From NCBI GenBank assembly GCA_973851085.1, contig OZ316775.1, positions 7,874,001 through 7,938,000 on the forward strand: a stretch of DNA of 64,000 nt, written 5' to 3'. Positions 41,502 through 55,627 of this stretch are shown one piece after another. Each line of letters begins with the position of its first letter. Position 1 is the stretch's first letter. The notes under the pieces were generated by a model, which made no database searches, was not told where the DNA came from, and saw only the letters and a list, made by a program, of their open reading frames with translations. The stretch is from Ptychomitrium polyphyllum (Eukaryota). The position numbers and the translations under genes were made by a program.

Positions 41502-42440
41502 TAGAACATTTTGTTTCACCTACTTGACTGACGCACAATTTTAAGTGCGAACGTCTTGGGTTTGTCATCCACACTCTTGAGCAAGTTCTCAGAGCTTCTC
41601 CACTGCAAGGCCCATAGTAGGGACGTTGCGCTGCATTGTGGCAACGTTCGAGCTATATTTATGTTTCACACTGGCATCTAGTGTAGTAACTATGGGAAGC
41701 TAATGGTAGTAGTAACCCCCTTCCATATGCACGGTGGAGATGTTCGTGCTGACTCATATTTCAGTATGGTCTTGAAATATTTGGTCTTTGCTGAATGAAC
41801 CAATATTATCATTCATGTAGAAGAATGCCAGAATCGACAGAAAATTTTACAGGAGCAAGGGATATGACTCAAACCTTTGACGAGATCTAGAATCAATTCA
41901 TGAAGTATGGTACATGTGCATCACACATGGCGTTCACAGAAATTCTAAATAAACATATTCTTGAAGCTCCTACAAAAGAATCAGCCACATGACGACCAAG
42001 TTAAAATAAGACTAACTATCGGACCTGGGTGAAAGATCCCCATCCTAAATGATTTCTACCTCGGGGCTATACCCTCTCACAGCTATTTCTCCACGCTGCA
42101 GCTCCTTCTATTTTGGTCAGGTATGAGTAACAGCAGAGATTTCCGATCGTGGAGCAACCAATTTGTTCCCACTACCGTATAGCTGGTGATAATTCTTGGC
42201 GCATTCCAAACTTTAAGGTTTAGCAATTTCAATGCTAGAGTGCTAATTGCCTTAGTTATATGTCATCTTCTTTCAAGTTAACAAAAGATTCTTGAGAGCA
42301 CGATGCCATGAAACCACTAGCCTAACCCCCTCCCCAAGGGCCAGTCTCCAGCCATCCGAGCCAGGCCCGCTTTGATGTGCAGCCACGACGTACTGATCAG
42401 CCCCTTCTGGCTAATCAGATATTTCCATGACAACGCGCCC

Positions 42441-45400
42441 TCACTCCTTGCTGACTGAGTTTGGCTTGGAATCTTGCTCTGCTAGAACATCCTCGTTACC
42501 ATGAGAGGTCACAGTCGCCAGTTCATCAACATCTGTATCCGTGGTGTAATCAGTTTCCCCACCGGAAAAGCTAAACCACTGACCCCCCGTACCATCATCG
42601 TAAGAAGTTTCCTCTTGCTCTTCAGCCTCCTCATCTTGCTCATCTTCTTCCTCCTCACCAATGCTCGTCTTCGTCTCCTCGTCCCCTTCGTTGTCCTCAT
42701 CTTCCCCTTCCCAATCCTCTTCGTTCCAAGCATCAATGCCGAAGTCATCGTCATCATTTTCGTTGTTTTCGTCTTCTGAACCGGCCTCTAATCCCTTTAT
42801 AGCACTTATATGCTCCCCTTTTCCTTCTTTCTCAATAGCTTCCAAGTCTGGCCGTTCCTCGCCAGGAGGCCAGCCGCGATAAAAGATAAGCTTGCTTGGT
42901 TCTGTAGAGAGCAAAACAGCCCCAGTAGACTCCTGAAAGTACCAGATAATACGTGATTTGGAATCAGTATCTGCCTGTTGTTAGACTGACACGTGTAAAT
43001 TGAGCTATAGTACCTGCTGCTGCTATCTTGAAACTTGAGTTTGAAAAACTTAAAATACGAAGGAGTATAAGAATACCTCAATTTGTTCCACAACTGAAGC
43101 CACAGATGTACCCTTCGGTCTGCCCTTCACACCAATTTTTACAAATGGATGCTTTTCAAAATAAGCACATATTGACTTGGCTAAGTCTTCATAAATAGTG
43201 GTCTTTCCTGTAATGCAAAATCAGCGTTTAAATTAGTGAGCTGTACGTTACGATAGAAATAGCAGTTCAAAAGAACTAAGACAAAAATGTGTGCCTGCAA
43301 TAATGCTAGCAAGCTACAACAAGAGCAATTTGCAAAACAATTTGGAAAAGGCAATGATGACCGAGTACAGTTAAAGAGTCCAAATTCAAGAAACTTACCA
43401 ATATTGAAATTAGCGGTTCTGCCCACCATCAAAGGAATTTGTTGTCGCATGAGTTGCCTCTGTTTACGTGTGAGAGGTTCAGCTTGGTAATAGGTACCGT
43501 TTTTCAACTTCCCTCGACTGTATACAGGATTTTCATCTTCATACTCCTGTCCATCAAACTCTAAGTCTTCATCGTCAAGATTCTCAAAATTGCCTTCTGA
43601 TAATGCTTCACTCTCCAACTCATCTTCTTCCTCCATTTTGCTCTGTTCGATACAATCAAGATATACTATTAATAAGGAACTCTTTGGGTGAATTCAACCC
43701 TCAAACCATAACCCAAGCTTATGACATACACGACAAAGAACTACTCACCAACTTCGCAATTTCATCACGATGCAAAAACAAAAGCATGTATCTAATCCCG
43801 GATATACAGTAAATAGTTGCGACATCACTAAGTCTCACCAGGCCTGCTTGCATCTTTTCAATCTCCTTCTCCAACGTCGCCATATGCTTCTCCAAGGACT
43901 GCAATAATTGCAAAGAGAAAAGACATTAGGTACTGAAAAATACAATTTATCCTTGGCTAATCCAAATGCTTGTCGGTATGACCTTGAAACGAAAATACAA
44001 ACAGTTCACTGTAGGATTCATTACAATTGCACGGTTTTTATTCAAGTCCAGGAAATGGTAAGCTGGAATAGGAAGTAGTAATTTACCGCCATCCGCTGCA
44101 TCTCAAGCGAGCGTTTCAAGGCTTGCCTCTTCGTGAGAAGATGTCGAGGTCTCAGCTCAGATGGACGCTGGTAGTTCTTGCCACGGTAGACTAAGATGGA
44201 TTGCCCCTTCGACGTAGTAACGATGTCAACCAAAATTCCTCCACTTTCAGTCTCGAGAATCTTAGCTATTCGTTGAGCCTCAGTTAGAGGTGCCTTCACG
44301 TTGATCTTCACGAGTTCCCTGTACTTCCAGTGAAGATGCATGTTTTCAACAGTACCGCCAAATACTCCTCTCCTACCTAAGAACCATCAAAGTCAGTAGC
44401 AACTCATCCACCTGCTTCAGTAAGGAAAAACGATTTATTCAAGTTCATTGTTTGAATTGTTCATAGAAGGTCATAGCGGGGAAAATAGACATGAAGCTTG
44501 ACATCCAAGCTTGATACACATAAGTAAATTTCTCACCTAACAGAAGAAAAGCCTTCATTTTCAACCCAAGCTTTTTGTACATGTATCTCTCCCCATCTGA
44601 AAGATGCTCCTTGTCCAGAGGTGCATCTGCAGGACTTGTTTTCGCATCGATCTTTGCTAACTCTGTCTCTGCTCTTGTCATCTTCTGAAGTGCCTGTAAG
44701 AAAACACGCCCCCAAGTAGAAATCAGTTCCAAAATAAAGTATGCTAAAGTAGAAATTAGTAGTAAACAAACTTTCACTCTGAAGCGACTGGTCGAATTGT
44801 CATGCCAGAATAAGTCAAGGTACATATTTCAATTATCCAAATAACAGAGCACTTATCATGATTAAGGCCTCAGCCTTCTCGAGATAATTTAGAGAAAATA
44901 AACACAAACATATAGGAGTTACGCTGCCAACAAATTTGGATTTGAAGGAAATTAATAATTTACATAGAATATATTGGAGTAATTAGACTACATTCATTAA
45001 GTACTTCATATATTTCATAGTTTGTTTGTGTACACATGTAATTTTGCTATCTAATGCAAATAAAGCAATGCAAACATCAAGGATATAGATATAGAGCCCT
45101 AACTCAGGATGTACTTACAATCCTCAATTTCGATCGTATCCTGTCAGTAGCTTGAACTCTTTTCATCTTTCGTGCCTTAATTCTTTCTTTTCGAGCTTCA
45201 TCGCTATTTTGCCAGACTTCCCATGAAGCCCTTGTTTCCATGGCTTCCTCCAACGTCCCTACTTTGCTGTTGGCAGCAGAGACGTGTTAAATTCACAAGA
45301 AGAGACCTTAGGAAGGCCACTAATGACAAGTTCCGATTCCAAGACGCATAAAGTAAAAGACAAAGGAGAAGATCTTAGTACCTTGATTCAACGGCTTGCA

Positions 45401-48222
45401 TTGCTCTCTTGCGACCACCCATACGGAGCCTCTCTTCATCCTCCTGCAACGCTCGAGCCATACGGTCCCTCTCTTCTAGAACTACTTGAACAGCTGGAGG
45501 CAAAAAGTCTTTGCCACGAGAAAGCACAATGAACTCCTTATCCCTAGCTAATAAGGTTCCTCCGGTGAGCTTCTGCAAATCACAGGAGAAACAATGTCAC
45601 ATCTGATATCACTTGCTGTACATGGCAATGATGACCTGACATAACACGGATGCAATTTTGAAATGAATCTTACCTTCAATTCTTCAGCCATTCGCTCGTT
45701 GCTAGTATTTTGAACTCCCCTCTTCACACCTATTTTCACAATTTCGCTCTTCTCCCACAGCTTCACGATAGCTGCAGCCAGTCCCCCGAGTCCTCTATTC
45801 TTCCCTGTATTCATTGCACAGGGAATGAATCGTGATAGAACAAATATAATTTCATCTTCAGATATGAACCTATAAGATCACTCAAGAATTGATGGCGCTT
45901 AAGCGGTGCAAGCTACCAGCTGTTAAGTGGACATTTAACAAGGTGGGAGAATTTTACAAAGGGTACAATTGAAGGCAAAGCATACTGGAATAAGCAAATA
46001 TCTTAGCAACTAAAGACCTCCTCCGGATTCAAAATACCCACCAAGCACAAAATGGGGAGGAATAGGTCGTGCTAGTCGACGCAGCTCTGTCATTTCAAAA
46101 TTATTAAGCTTGGGTTTAACGCCATATGGTAGTAGCCTGAAGGGACGCTTAAACTCAAAATCCGGACTTAGCAAGAGATCTCCATCGACTGGAACAGGCC
46201 TCCTCCCAGTCCAATCTGCATACCGTTGCCCGAGTCCATCTAATATCTCCTCCATCATCTGCAATTCGGCTTCCTGCTTCGCTTTCAAATCGTTCACCAT
46301 CTCTGTGTCAACATTAAACATAGATATGAGCATTTCTAGTTCAAGAGGCCAAGAGCAATAAAAAAGTATGAAACAAAAGCTCCCTATCGAAATCACTTTC
46401 CATACACAATCACCCCACAATTCAAGAGAAATTTCCTCTATATTATTCATTTTCCAACAAAAAAAGAACAACCTTTGCACTAAAAAGGCTCAAATTGAAT
46501 ATCAATCAACTAATTCGATTATCATATGAATCCAGTGTCCACTCTTTATCGACTGACCTGAAACCTCCAGTGATGCTTCATCCGCTGACGGATCTTCTTT
46601 CCTATCAGAGTCCTCTTCCTTCCAGAACTCCTTTTCCTCCTTTCTCCCAACATCCGATATGTTCGTGAAGTTCTCCCTTTCATCGTCCGCTTCCAGACCA
46701 AGGGACAACAGTTTCCTCCTCTCCCTGTCTTCCCTTTCCTCCCTTTCCCGTACAAATGGGTGAACATAGTCCTTCCCGCGATATATTATCGCAGCACTAC
46801 CAGACCGCCATATCACTAACCCGCCTGTTAATCTCTGCATCCACAACCGCGTTCAGTGACGAATTTAAATTCTTGATATATAAAAGTCCGTTACATTCGT
46901 CCTTTTCTCCATTTTGCACAGTCAAATGGGAAGAGATGACAAACGAATACTAACTAACCTCGAGATCTTCATGCGCTTTTTTCATGTTCATGGACAGGGG
47001 CGCATCGCATCTAACTTTTGCGATCTCACAAGAACGCCACCTATCATGAATTGCCTCCACAATTCCAGGGGTGACCCCTAACCGACCAATCTTCAGCCGT
47101 CCCTGCACCTGCAACCCAAGTGTCCGTAGCCTCTTGAGTTCAGGTTCTGGTATTGTGAGCTCTGCCATGGAGGGCGGTTTAACTTTCTTTTTCCTCTCAA
47201 AGTGCTCCCCTTCTTCCTCTCCTTCCCCATCCTTTTCCCAAGGAAATCTCTCATCTTGCGTAAACTGCTCCGGATCATTATAAGCCCGCTTCGGCTTAGG
47301 ATGGTCAGAATTGCTCCACCTTCGGTCTAACCCAGGCTGCACAGCTTGACCAGGTCTGAAACCAAAAGAGACCAAGTCACATACGTTCTCATAGTTTCGT
47401 AGTCACCACAAAGCCAAGTTCCGATGCAATGTACACACGGAGACAGAAGACAGAAGACATTAAACAACCCAGAAGCTCTAAGTACCTCGGCAAGAAGACC
47501 GAAGTCTCCGTCGCAGGCCGACTCCTGTTAAACTGAGCCTTGTCGTTCCCAATCGCACGCAACTTCTCTACAATTCGCGCCATAGCAGACTTCTGTCCTC
47601 CGTCCTGGTAATTCCCATCCCCGAACCTCGAGTCCTCAAAATTCACATCATCTATCTCCTCAGCGTCGCTTCCCTCCGAAAGTCTCTTCCCAGGCGGTGG
47701 TGACCTATCTCGAGAGCCCTGCTCCCATGGCGCCCTGTGCTGCATGTTACGTCCCATCTCATATTGAGAATACCTGGCACCATTCGACGACCTCGAAGAA
47801 TTATCGCCCTTCATAGCGTAACGCCCACCTCCTCCTACTCTCTCCGTCTCACTCCCTCGCCTGGTGGCCGACGAAGCAGGTCTCTGGTTCCTGGAGTTGA
47901 AATGGCGACTCTGCGCATCCCCACTTCCAGCCGCATTTCCGTTCTTCTTCCAATTCCGCTTAGCGGGCGGCTCTTCTTCGTCAACCTCCTTCACGGACGC
48001 AGCACGAATCTGCCCGAACCGCCAATTGGCAGATTGCGAATACAGAGCGGAAGAGAACCGAGTGCGGTGAAGGAACAGCAACAGTGAGGTCTTGGAGGTT
48101 CCCCGCACGAAAGACGCAGACGACGATGGAAAACTACGTGAAGTCCTCCCGGCATCGAAGGCGCGCACAGGCCCTAGCAACCGCACCGGCGCTACCACGC
48201 CTGCCATTGCCGAAACCTCCAT
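42441..48222 (-). CDS. CFM2: Chloroplast CRM-domain intron splicing factor with four CRM domains and an acidic C-terminal tail (CFM2-like)
   Basis: Ser/Arg-rich transit-peptide-like N-terminus (ATG at 48222 or 48207). CRM1 [23 protein letters not shown]2 [33 protein letters not shown]3 [31 protein letters not shown]4 [15 protein letters not shown]...[23 protein letters not shown] introns where checked. Confidence 0.85.
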
Positions 48223-48422
48223 ACAACAATTGCCTCCACTGAATTCTCTCGTTGAATTCTTCTGCAAAGCCCTCTGTCAAAGAGAACCTCAACCGTAATC
48301 CGCAACCATCTCGAATCCTCTCCCCTTCCGCAAAACCAACACCTACAGAGCGCTCACCAGCTCTTTCGCTCCCAAACCCTTAGTCAGCTCTTCAATCCAA
48401 CAATTGACTCCACTGGCAAAGT

Positions 48423-48432
48423 AAACCCTAAA
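48423..48432 (+). promoter_or_regulatory. Telo-box (AAACCCTA) upstream of the CFM2-like gene
   Basis: AAACCCTAAA about 200 bp 5' of the start codon. A near-match (TTTAGGGTTG) also precedes SRP19 at about 40126. Confidence 0.35.
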
Positions 48433-50257
48433 CCTTATCCTCTCATGAGAATCTCCCTGGGACTGAGTATGAGGGAGTCTGGAGTCCACTTTTTAATCGT
48501 TACCTCTGTGATTCTAGGTTAATACTGGCATGGTAACCAGTACATACTGGTGTATCACACGAGCGATACTCAGGTAGGGTATCAGACGAGTGTTTGTGTC
48601 ATATACCTGCGGGCTCGAGGCTTCTTGTGCATCCCTCGTCACCGTTGGTGTGCCTTGAAACCTATCCCGTAAAGTACCAAAAACCATTATTATGTCCCAA
48701 ACCAAAATTGTCTGGTCGGTTTGAGTATCTGAAATGTACCGTATTCTTAGATGCTGTTGGTTTTCAGTGCGACGATCGTTTTGGATGTATCGCGAAAACC
48801 TTTTTGTGGATGGATGGCTGGGAGTACCAGATGGATGAATAGGCGGTACTCCATCTCAAACAAGCCTTGAAATCTGTCTGATACATGTTCACACCTACTC
48901 CATGTTTATCGTTTATTTTTGAATGAGTAACTGTTTAGTGTTAATGTAGTACCAGAGTACTGGACAAAAATCAAACCCTAGAATTATGTTGTGTTGATGT
49001 TGATATATAAAACTTTAATATCAAAGAATCGTGTGTGCCATTGTATTAAATATAGTAAAGATTTAATATTTGGTGAATAATTATTTTATGTATACCATCT
49101 TGATAGCTTGTTTATATTTTATTTGTTAATGCCTGTATCTAAAATCTCCTTATTGTGCCTTGATTGTGAGGTAAATGGAAATGTTGTTTGTTACATCAGA
49201 AAGTTGTTAAAAAAAGGTGTACTTGAGGGTTTTACAAGTTTTAAAAATATGGTGTAGCAAATATTAAATTTCAAAAAAATCAACTTTAAGAAATGATAAT
49301 GTAAAGATTTTGGAAATACCAAAAAAATCAAATATTTTTATAAACTTGCAATGCAAAGCAACTCTCATGGTTGGGTCATTAGCAAAGGGCTTATTGATCA
49401 ATGATAAAAGAATGTCTAATAAAGTTTAAAACAATTTCTAAAAATTACAAAAAAAAATTAAAATTTATTACAAAATAATGTTTTTTGATGGTATATATTC
49501 TCATAAAATGTAAAAAAATCAAAGACTTCAAAACATTTGTACTTTAAAGGAATTTTTTTCTATATTAAAGTTTGGAGCTTCACAATAGTAATTCAACTTA
49601 ACTTTTATCAAAGAACCATATACCTACCTCAATGAGTTTCTGTCGTAATCCTTGTAATGCAATTTAACAAGCGTCACGCGCATCAACCCTGTACACCTCC
49701 ACATGCACATGATTAACCCCCATTCTCACTCTCCAAGTCCCTCTACCATTTTTCTTAGGACATCCAATTAATTGGTAGCCAATGGTTAGGTGCGGGCTTT
49801 CATTCATGTCCAAGGCCTCACTTAGTGTTACTCCCATTCCACACAGCCTAATCGCACTTAGTGGTGTCTCCTTACCACCACTCATGATTCCCATGCGATC
49901 CTAAGATTACCTCAGACCACCATGGTACTGGAGTGAAGACACCACCCCAACTTAGTGGTAACAAGCGTGCCCTTTTAAACATACTAGTCCCCTCCGTGAA
50001 ACCAGCCATCCACCGGCTCACAGAAGTGTGGGAGTTCCAATGGTAAAGCTCCAACATTAGCTCCACCAATCAGGACTCACCCTTGGTTTCTACCGGAATA
50101 CTAGAGGAGTGGGGAGGGGGACCAACCCTCCCCTATACTACTCTCTATAGGATTCGGCAGGCCCCCTGGCCCTCTATAGCTGGCTGAATCCGACACACCC
50201 AAAGTTTTGGAAGACCACCCAATCTCCTTTGGGACTTAGCCGCTGGAAGCTTTCGGA

Positions 50258-50901
50258 TGTCACAGACATAAATCATGCAACATAGTCTTTAGAACATTCT
50301 AGAACCTTCTAGTGTAGTATAATAGTTTCTTAGAATACTTTTAGATGTCTCCATAGCCTTTTTATGTTTTTAGGAAGCCTCCTAGGAAAGTTCCTCCACC
50401 TTAGGAAACTTCCTAGGAAGGTTCTATCATCTTAGGTTACTTCCTATGAAGCTTCTATCATCTTAGGTTACTTCCTAGGAAACTTCATAGGAAGGTTCTA
50501 CCTCTTTAGGAAACTTCCTAAGAAGGTTCCGCTACCTTAGGAAATTTCCAAGGAAGGTTCCAACTCCTTGGAAGCTTCCAAACAAGGTTCCAATTCTTTG
50601 GAAGCTTCTTAGGAAGGTTCCAACATCTTAGGAAACTTCCTGGGAAGGTTCCTTAGACTTTCAGAACATTCTTAAACCTTGTAGGAAGCTTCTTTAGAAG
50701 TATCATAGGAGATACAAACATCCTAGTATAAATAGGGAGCAAGACAAGGTATTCGTTAGTCTTGCCAACACAAGTTGTGGATCATCTTGAATCCTGCCTT
50801 GTTCTAGTCTTTGTATCAAATTCTTGTTAATCATTAGCTCTTTGGAAGCTAATTCTTGGGAAACACTTCGTTAACGCTTCTTGTTTCTTGTGTCCCTAAC
50901 A
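50258..50901 (+). repeat. 5' LTR, with internal quasi-palindromic tandem units of about 30 bp (TTAGGAAACTTCCTAGGAAGGTTC) at about 50370-50660 and TATAAATA at 50727
   Basis: Direct repeat of 56282-56925, about 4 mismatches by eye. Confidence 0.95.
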
Positions 50902-51137
50902 ATTTTGCAAGACTACTCTTCATTTTTGTCAGAGCTAAGGTTCTTTGAAGATGATTGTGGATTACCTATCTTCTTGAGGATTCCATAGCGTTTTAGAGGT
51001 TGCGGATTACCCTCCTCTAAACTGGCACCATAAAGTTGGTTTCTCCTTCTAGAACTAAGTATTACTTCTTTCAAAGGACGTGGATTTTCCTCCTTTGAAG
51101 GTACTCATAGTCTTATTGTCTTTGAGAGTCTAAAGAA

Positions 51138-54100
51138 ATGGATAACGTGCCTGGAACATCAGAGAATAGGTTTGCAACTATTGCAGACCTCCAAGAATTA
51201 TTAAACACAGTTCGAATGGAACTCGCCCGTTTTAATACCACCAACAATTTGGAACAACATACTCGGCAAGCTGAAGAATCCAATGGTGATATTCAAAGCT
51301 TATATCGAGAGGTTGTTCGATTGCAAGAGGCCAATATTGAAAGGGAAGGCTTACGTCGAACCCACGCAGAGCCGAAGATTAGCATGCCAGATAAGTTTGA
51401 TGTATCAAGATCAAAATTAAGAGGCTTTGTTCAACAAGTAAGACTCTTCTTTAATTTGCATCAACCTCGCTATCATGATGGTACAACTCAAGTGGGATTT
51501 GTGGCCACTCTTTTATCAAACAATGCACTATCGTGGTTTGCACCACTAATGGAGAAGCAATCACCATTATTGAACAACTTAGATGCATTCATAGAAGCAT
51601 TGACATCTACTTTTGGAGACACTGACCGAGAGAGGGTGGCTGAAACAAGGATCCAGAGTCTCCAACAAGGGCAGCGCTCAGCTGCTACATATGCTGCAGA
51701 GTTTCGACAATCAGCTTGCGACCTTGATTGGATTGATAAAACCTTGGTCACACGATTTTGATAGGGCTTAAGAGAGAATGTAAAGGACTTGCTACTCACA
51801 ATGCCAAGAGTTAAAACATTGGACAAATTCATCACTAAAGCAATAGCATGTGACAACAGACTATTTGAGAGGCGCCAAGAACAACGCTTGGGATGGCAAC
51901 CAGTACATCAAAGCATGGCTACCACTTCTTCAAGAGTATTGGAAAGTCAACTATAAGGACCAGAATCTATGCAAATTGATGCTGCCCAATTCAGACGCTT
52001 GACTCCAAAAGAAAAAAAAAGGCGTCGAAGAGAAAAACTATGTTTGTATTGTGGCAAGTCTGGACATAAAGTGCGCGATTGCCAAATCAAAGGATCTACC
52101 TTTAAGGCTCAGAGCACAATGGTGGAGTTGGAAAACAAGGCTGTCCAATCACAGTAAGGACCATGCGATTGGACACCACAAGAAAACCACCATCAAATCA
52201 AAGTCTCTTACTACCTTCAAGCCCTACCTCTTGTTTTACATTTCCTATCAAAATTAAATTGTTAGATGATGAAATAATTAGCGAGGCTCTCTTAGACACT
52301 AGCGCAATGGCATGTTTTATGGACAAGGATTTTGCAACCAAACATCACATGGTGCTTGTGAAGAAAAAATATCCCGCACCTGTTGAAGTTATTGATAGAT
52401 GATCTCTTCCATCTGGCAACGTTATTGAAGAAATTCAATCTCTGGAGGTTGTTTTAGGAGACCAGGCATCTAAGATTGTCTTCAACATCATTCAATGCCG
52501 AATGAATCCTATTTTTTTTGCCTTCTTTGGTTTGAATTACATAATCCAGATATTGATTGGTGCTCACGGAGTGTAGTCTCAAGGAAAAGACGTCAAGGTA
52601 CGAGAAATCTTGGACCATCATTTATTGGAGCTAAGGCATTTATGAGAGCGGCAAAGGATGAACCAATCTATGCCATTTATGCCAGGCCAATGTTTTGCTA
52701 AACAATAGAGACTAATCAAAACATACCTCATCAATATCAAGATTATAAAGTTGTTTTTGAAAAGAAGAATGCGGACATGTTATCAAAGCATCGGCCTTAT
52801 GATTGTACCATTGAATTGCAAGAAGGAACTCAACCACCTTTTGGACCTATTTATAACTTATCACAAATTGAATTGGCTGCTTTGAGAGATTATATTGATG
52901 AAAATCTCGGAAAGGGTTTCATTCAACACTCTAAATCACCAGCTGGGGCACCCATTCTATTTGTAAAGAAGAAAGATGGATCATTACGTATGTGCGTGGA
53001 CAATCGAGGCCTCAACAAAGTAACAAAAAAGAATCGCTATCCATTACCATTAATCTCAGGACTCCTACAATAACTTGGCCAAGCAAAGATATTCACCAAA
53101 ATTGATCTTAGAAGAGCCTACAATCTTGTACGCATCAAAGAAGGAGACGAATGGAAGACAGCCTATCGATCTAGGTATGGTTATTTTGAATACAATGTCA
53201 TGCCTTTTGGCCTTACTAATGCTCCCGCAGTCTTCCAACATATGATGAATGATATCTTCCATGAACATTTGGATGATTTTGTAGTCATCTACTTAGATGA
53301 CATTTTGATATATTCAAAGGATGAACAAGACCATGAAGGTCATGTGCGACTGGTCTTAGAAAAACTACGCCAGCGAGGATTATATGCCAAATTGGAGAAG
53401 TGCTTTTTCCATGAATCCTCGGTTGAATTTTTAGGCTACATCATTTCCACTGGAGGAATCCATATGGATAAGAAGAAAATAAGCACTGTCATGGAGTGGA
53501 GTACACCAAGATCAATTCGAGATGTTCAGTGTTTCTTGGGATTTGCAAATTTCTATAAGATATTCATCAAGAATTATTCCAAGATTGCGGCACCATTAAC
53601 ACGTCTTACGGAGAAGCAAAAATTCATTTGGGATGAAGAGGCGGAAAAAACATTTTAAAGTCTTAAGAAATCATTCACGTCGGCTCCAATTCTTATTCAT
53701 CCAAATCCATCAAAGCCTTTTTATTTGGAAGCGGATGCCTCAAATTTTGCGCTTGGCTCAGTACTCTCACAATATAATGAAAACGGGAGACTTCACCCTC
53801 TTGCCATTCGTTCAAGGTAGTTCTCAGCGGCAGAGATCAACTATGATATACATGATAAAGAACTATTTGCAATCGTGGATGCGTTTGAAGAATGGCGACA
53901 CTTATTGGAAGGAGCTCAACATACCATCACAATATATACAGACCACAAGAACTTGGAGTATTTCATTAGTGCGCGTGTTTTAAATCGCCGTCAAGCATGG
54001 TGGAGTATGTCGCTTTCTAGATTTGACATTGTCATTACCTATCAATTTTGTAGCGTGCAAGGTAAGCCAGATGCTTTATCTCAAAGATCTTATTTAGCTC

Positions 54101-55627
54101 CTCAACCTGGAGATGATGTTTTGAATCAACAAAGGACTATTTATTGAAACCAGAAAATCTTCAATTGAAAGCAACAATTATAACGACAACATCCCGTCTT
54201 GACGAAATTTGGAAGGCTTTGAAGAATGACGTCTTTGTTTCAAATATAAAGAAGCGCCTCAAAGACAATGGAGGCCCTTCAAATAGCGATGAAGACTTTG
54301 AAATCCAAAAGGGCCTACTTTATTATAAAAGAATTTTGTATCTACCTCCAGGCCCTTTGCGGTTGAAGATCCTTCAAGCACGTTATGATTATCCAGCAGC
54401 AGGACATTTTGGATTCAATAAAACAATGGAGTTGATTGCAAGAGACTATTGGTGGCCACAAATGTGGAAGTATGTGAAGGACTTTATTTGATCATGCGAC
54501 ACTTGTGCAAGAGCCAAGGTACCAAGGCACCAACCTCATGGTCTCCTCCATCCGCTTCCAGTGCTAAAGGGCCCATGGTTGTCTTTATCAATGGATTTTA
54601 TCACGGACCTTCCAAATTCCGATTCTAAGGATTTTATTTTGGTAGTGGTGGATCGATTTACCAAAATGGCACATTTCATTCCATGCAATAAGACGGTAAT
54701 GGGAGAAGAAACTGCCAAGTTGTTCCTAAATTACGTCTACCGCATACATGGACTACCAGATGATATTATATCCGATTGGGGGCTGCAGTTCGTTTCCAAC
54801 TTTTGGAGGGCTCTATTCTAGCTGTTGCATGTAAAGATCAATCTTTCTTCAGCACACCATCCACAAAACAACGTGTGAATCAAATTTTGGAGCGGTACCT
54901 TCGTTGTAGCATAAACTACCAGCAAGACAATTGGATGGATCTCTTGCCTTTGGCAAAATTTGCTTATAATAATACGGTGCATTCTTCAACAACTCAAAGT
55001 CCATTCTTTGCAATCTATGGCCATCATCCTCGAGCAGATCCATTTCAAGTGAAGCATATTGGAAGTCCTGCAGCAGAGGATTTTGCAATTCAACTTGCTA
55101 AAATCCATCAAGAAATTACTTTCTAGTTACAACAAGCTCAAGATCGTTACAAAACTTATGCAGATCGCCATCGGAAGGACCATCCAAAGTTTAAGGTTGG
55201 AGATAACGTATGGCTCCTACGATGAAATATACAGACAAAAAGACCATCAAAAAAGTTGGGCTATCAAAGGCTTGGACTGTTTGAAATCAGCAAACAGATA
55301 AATCCGGTTAGTTATCGCCTAAAGCTACCACCAAGCATGCAAATTCATCCAGTATTCCACGTATCGTTGTTGAAAACCTATAACAAATCATGTATGCAAG
55401 AAAGAATTGTTCCTCTGCCTCCTCCGCTGGAAATCAACAATGAAATCAAATATGAAGTGGAAGAGATCTTAGCTTCACACATCAAGAATGGACGTATGAA
55501 GTACCTTATACATTGGCAAGGATATGGCATCAATGACCGAACATGGGAACCTTCAACGAATGTAACAAATGCATCCAAGAAGATACGCAAATTTCATCAA
55601 AGATATCCTCAGAAACCAGGTCAGTGA
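51138..55627 (+). pseudogene. gag-pol of the chromovirus, disrupted by about 10 or more stops and several frameshifts
   Basis: Fragmented ORFs such as 51138-51761, 52777-53073, 53200-53658, 54144-54491, 54561-54821 and 55256-55627 concatenate into gag-PR-RT-RH-IN-chromodomain. Confidence 0.93.

Noticed and set aside
50370..50660. Quasi-palindromic repeats of about 30 bp resembling a CRISPR array
   Set aside because: They lie inside both LTRs, have no unique spacers of CRISPR length and no cas genes nearby, and the context is eukaryotic. They are LTR-internal tandem repeats.
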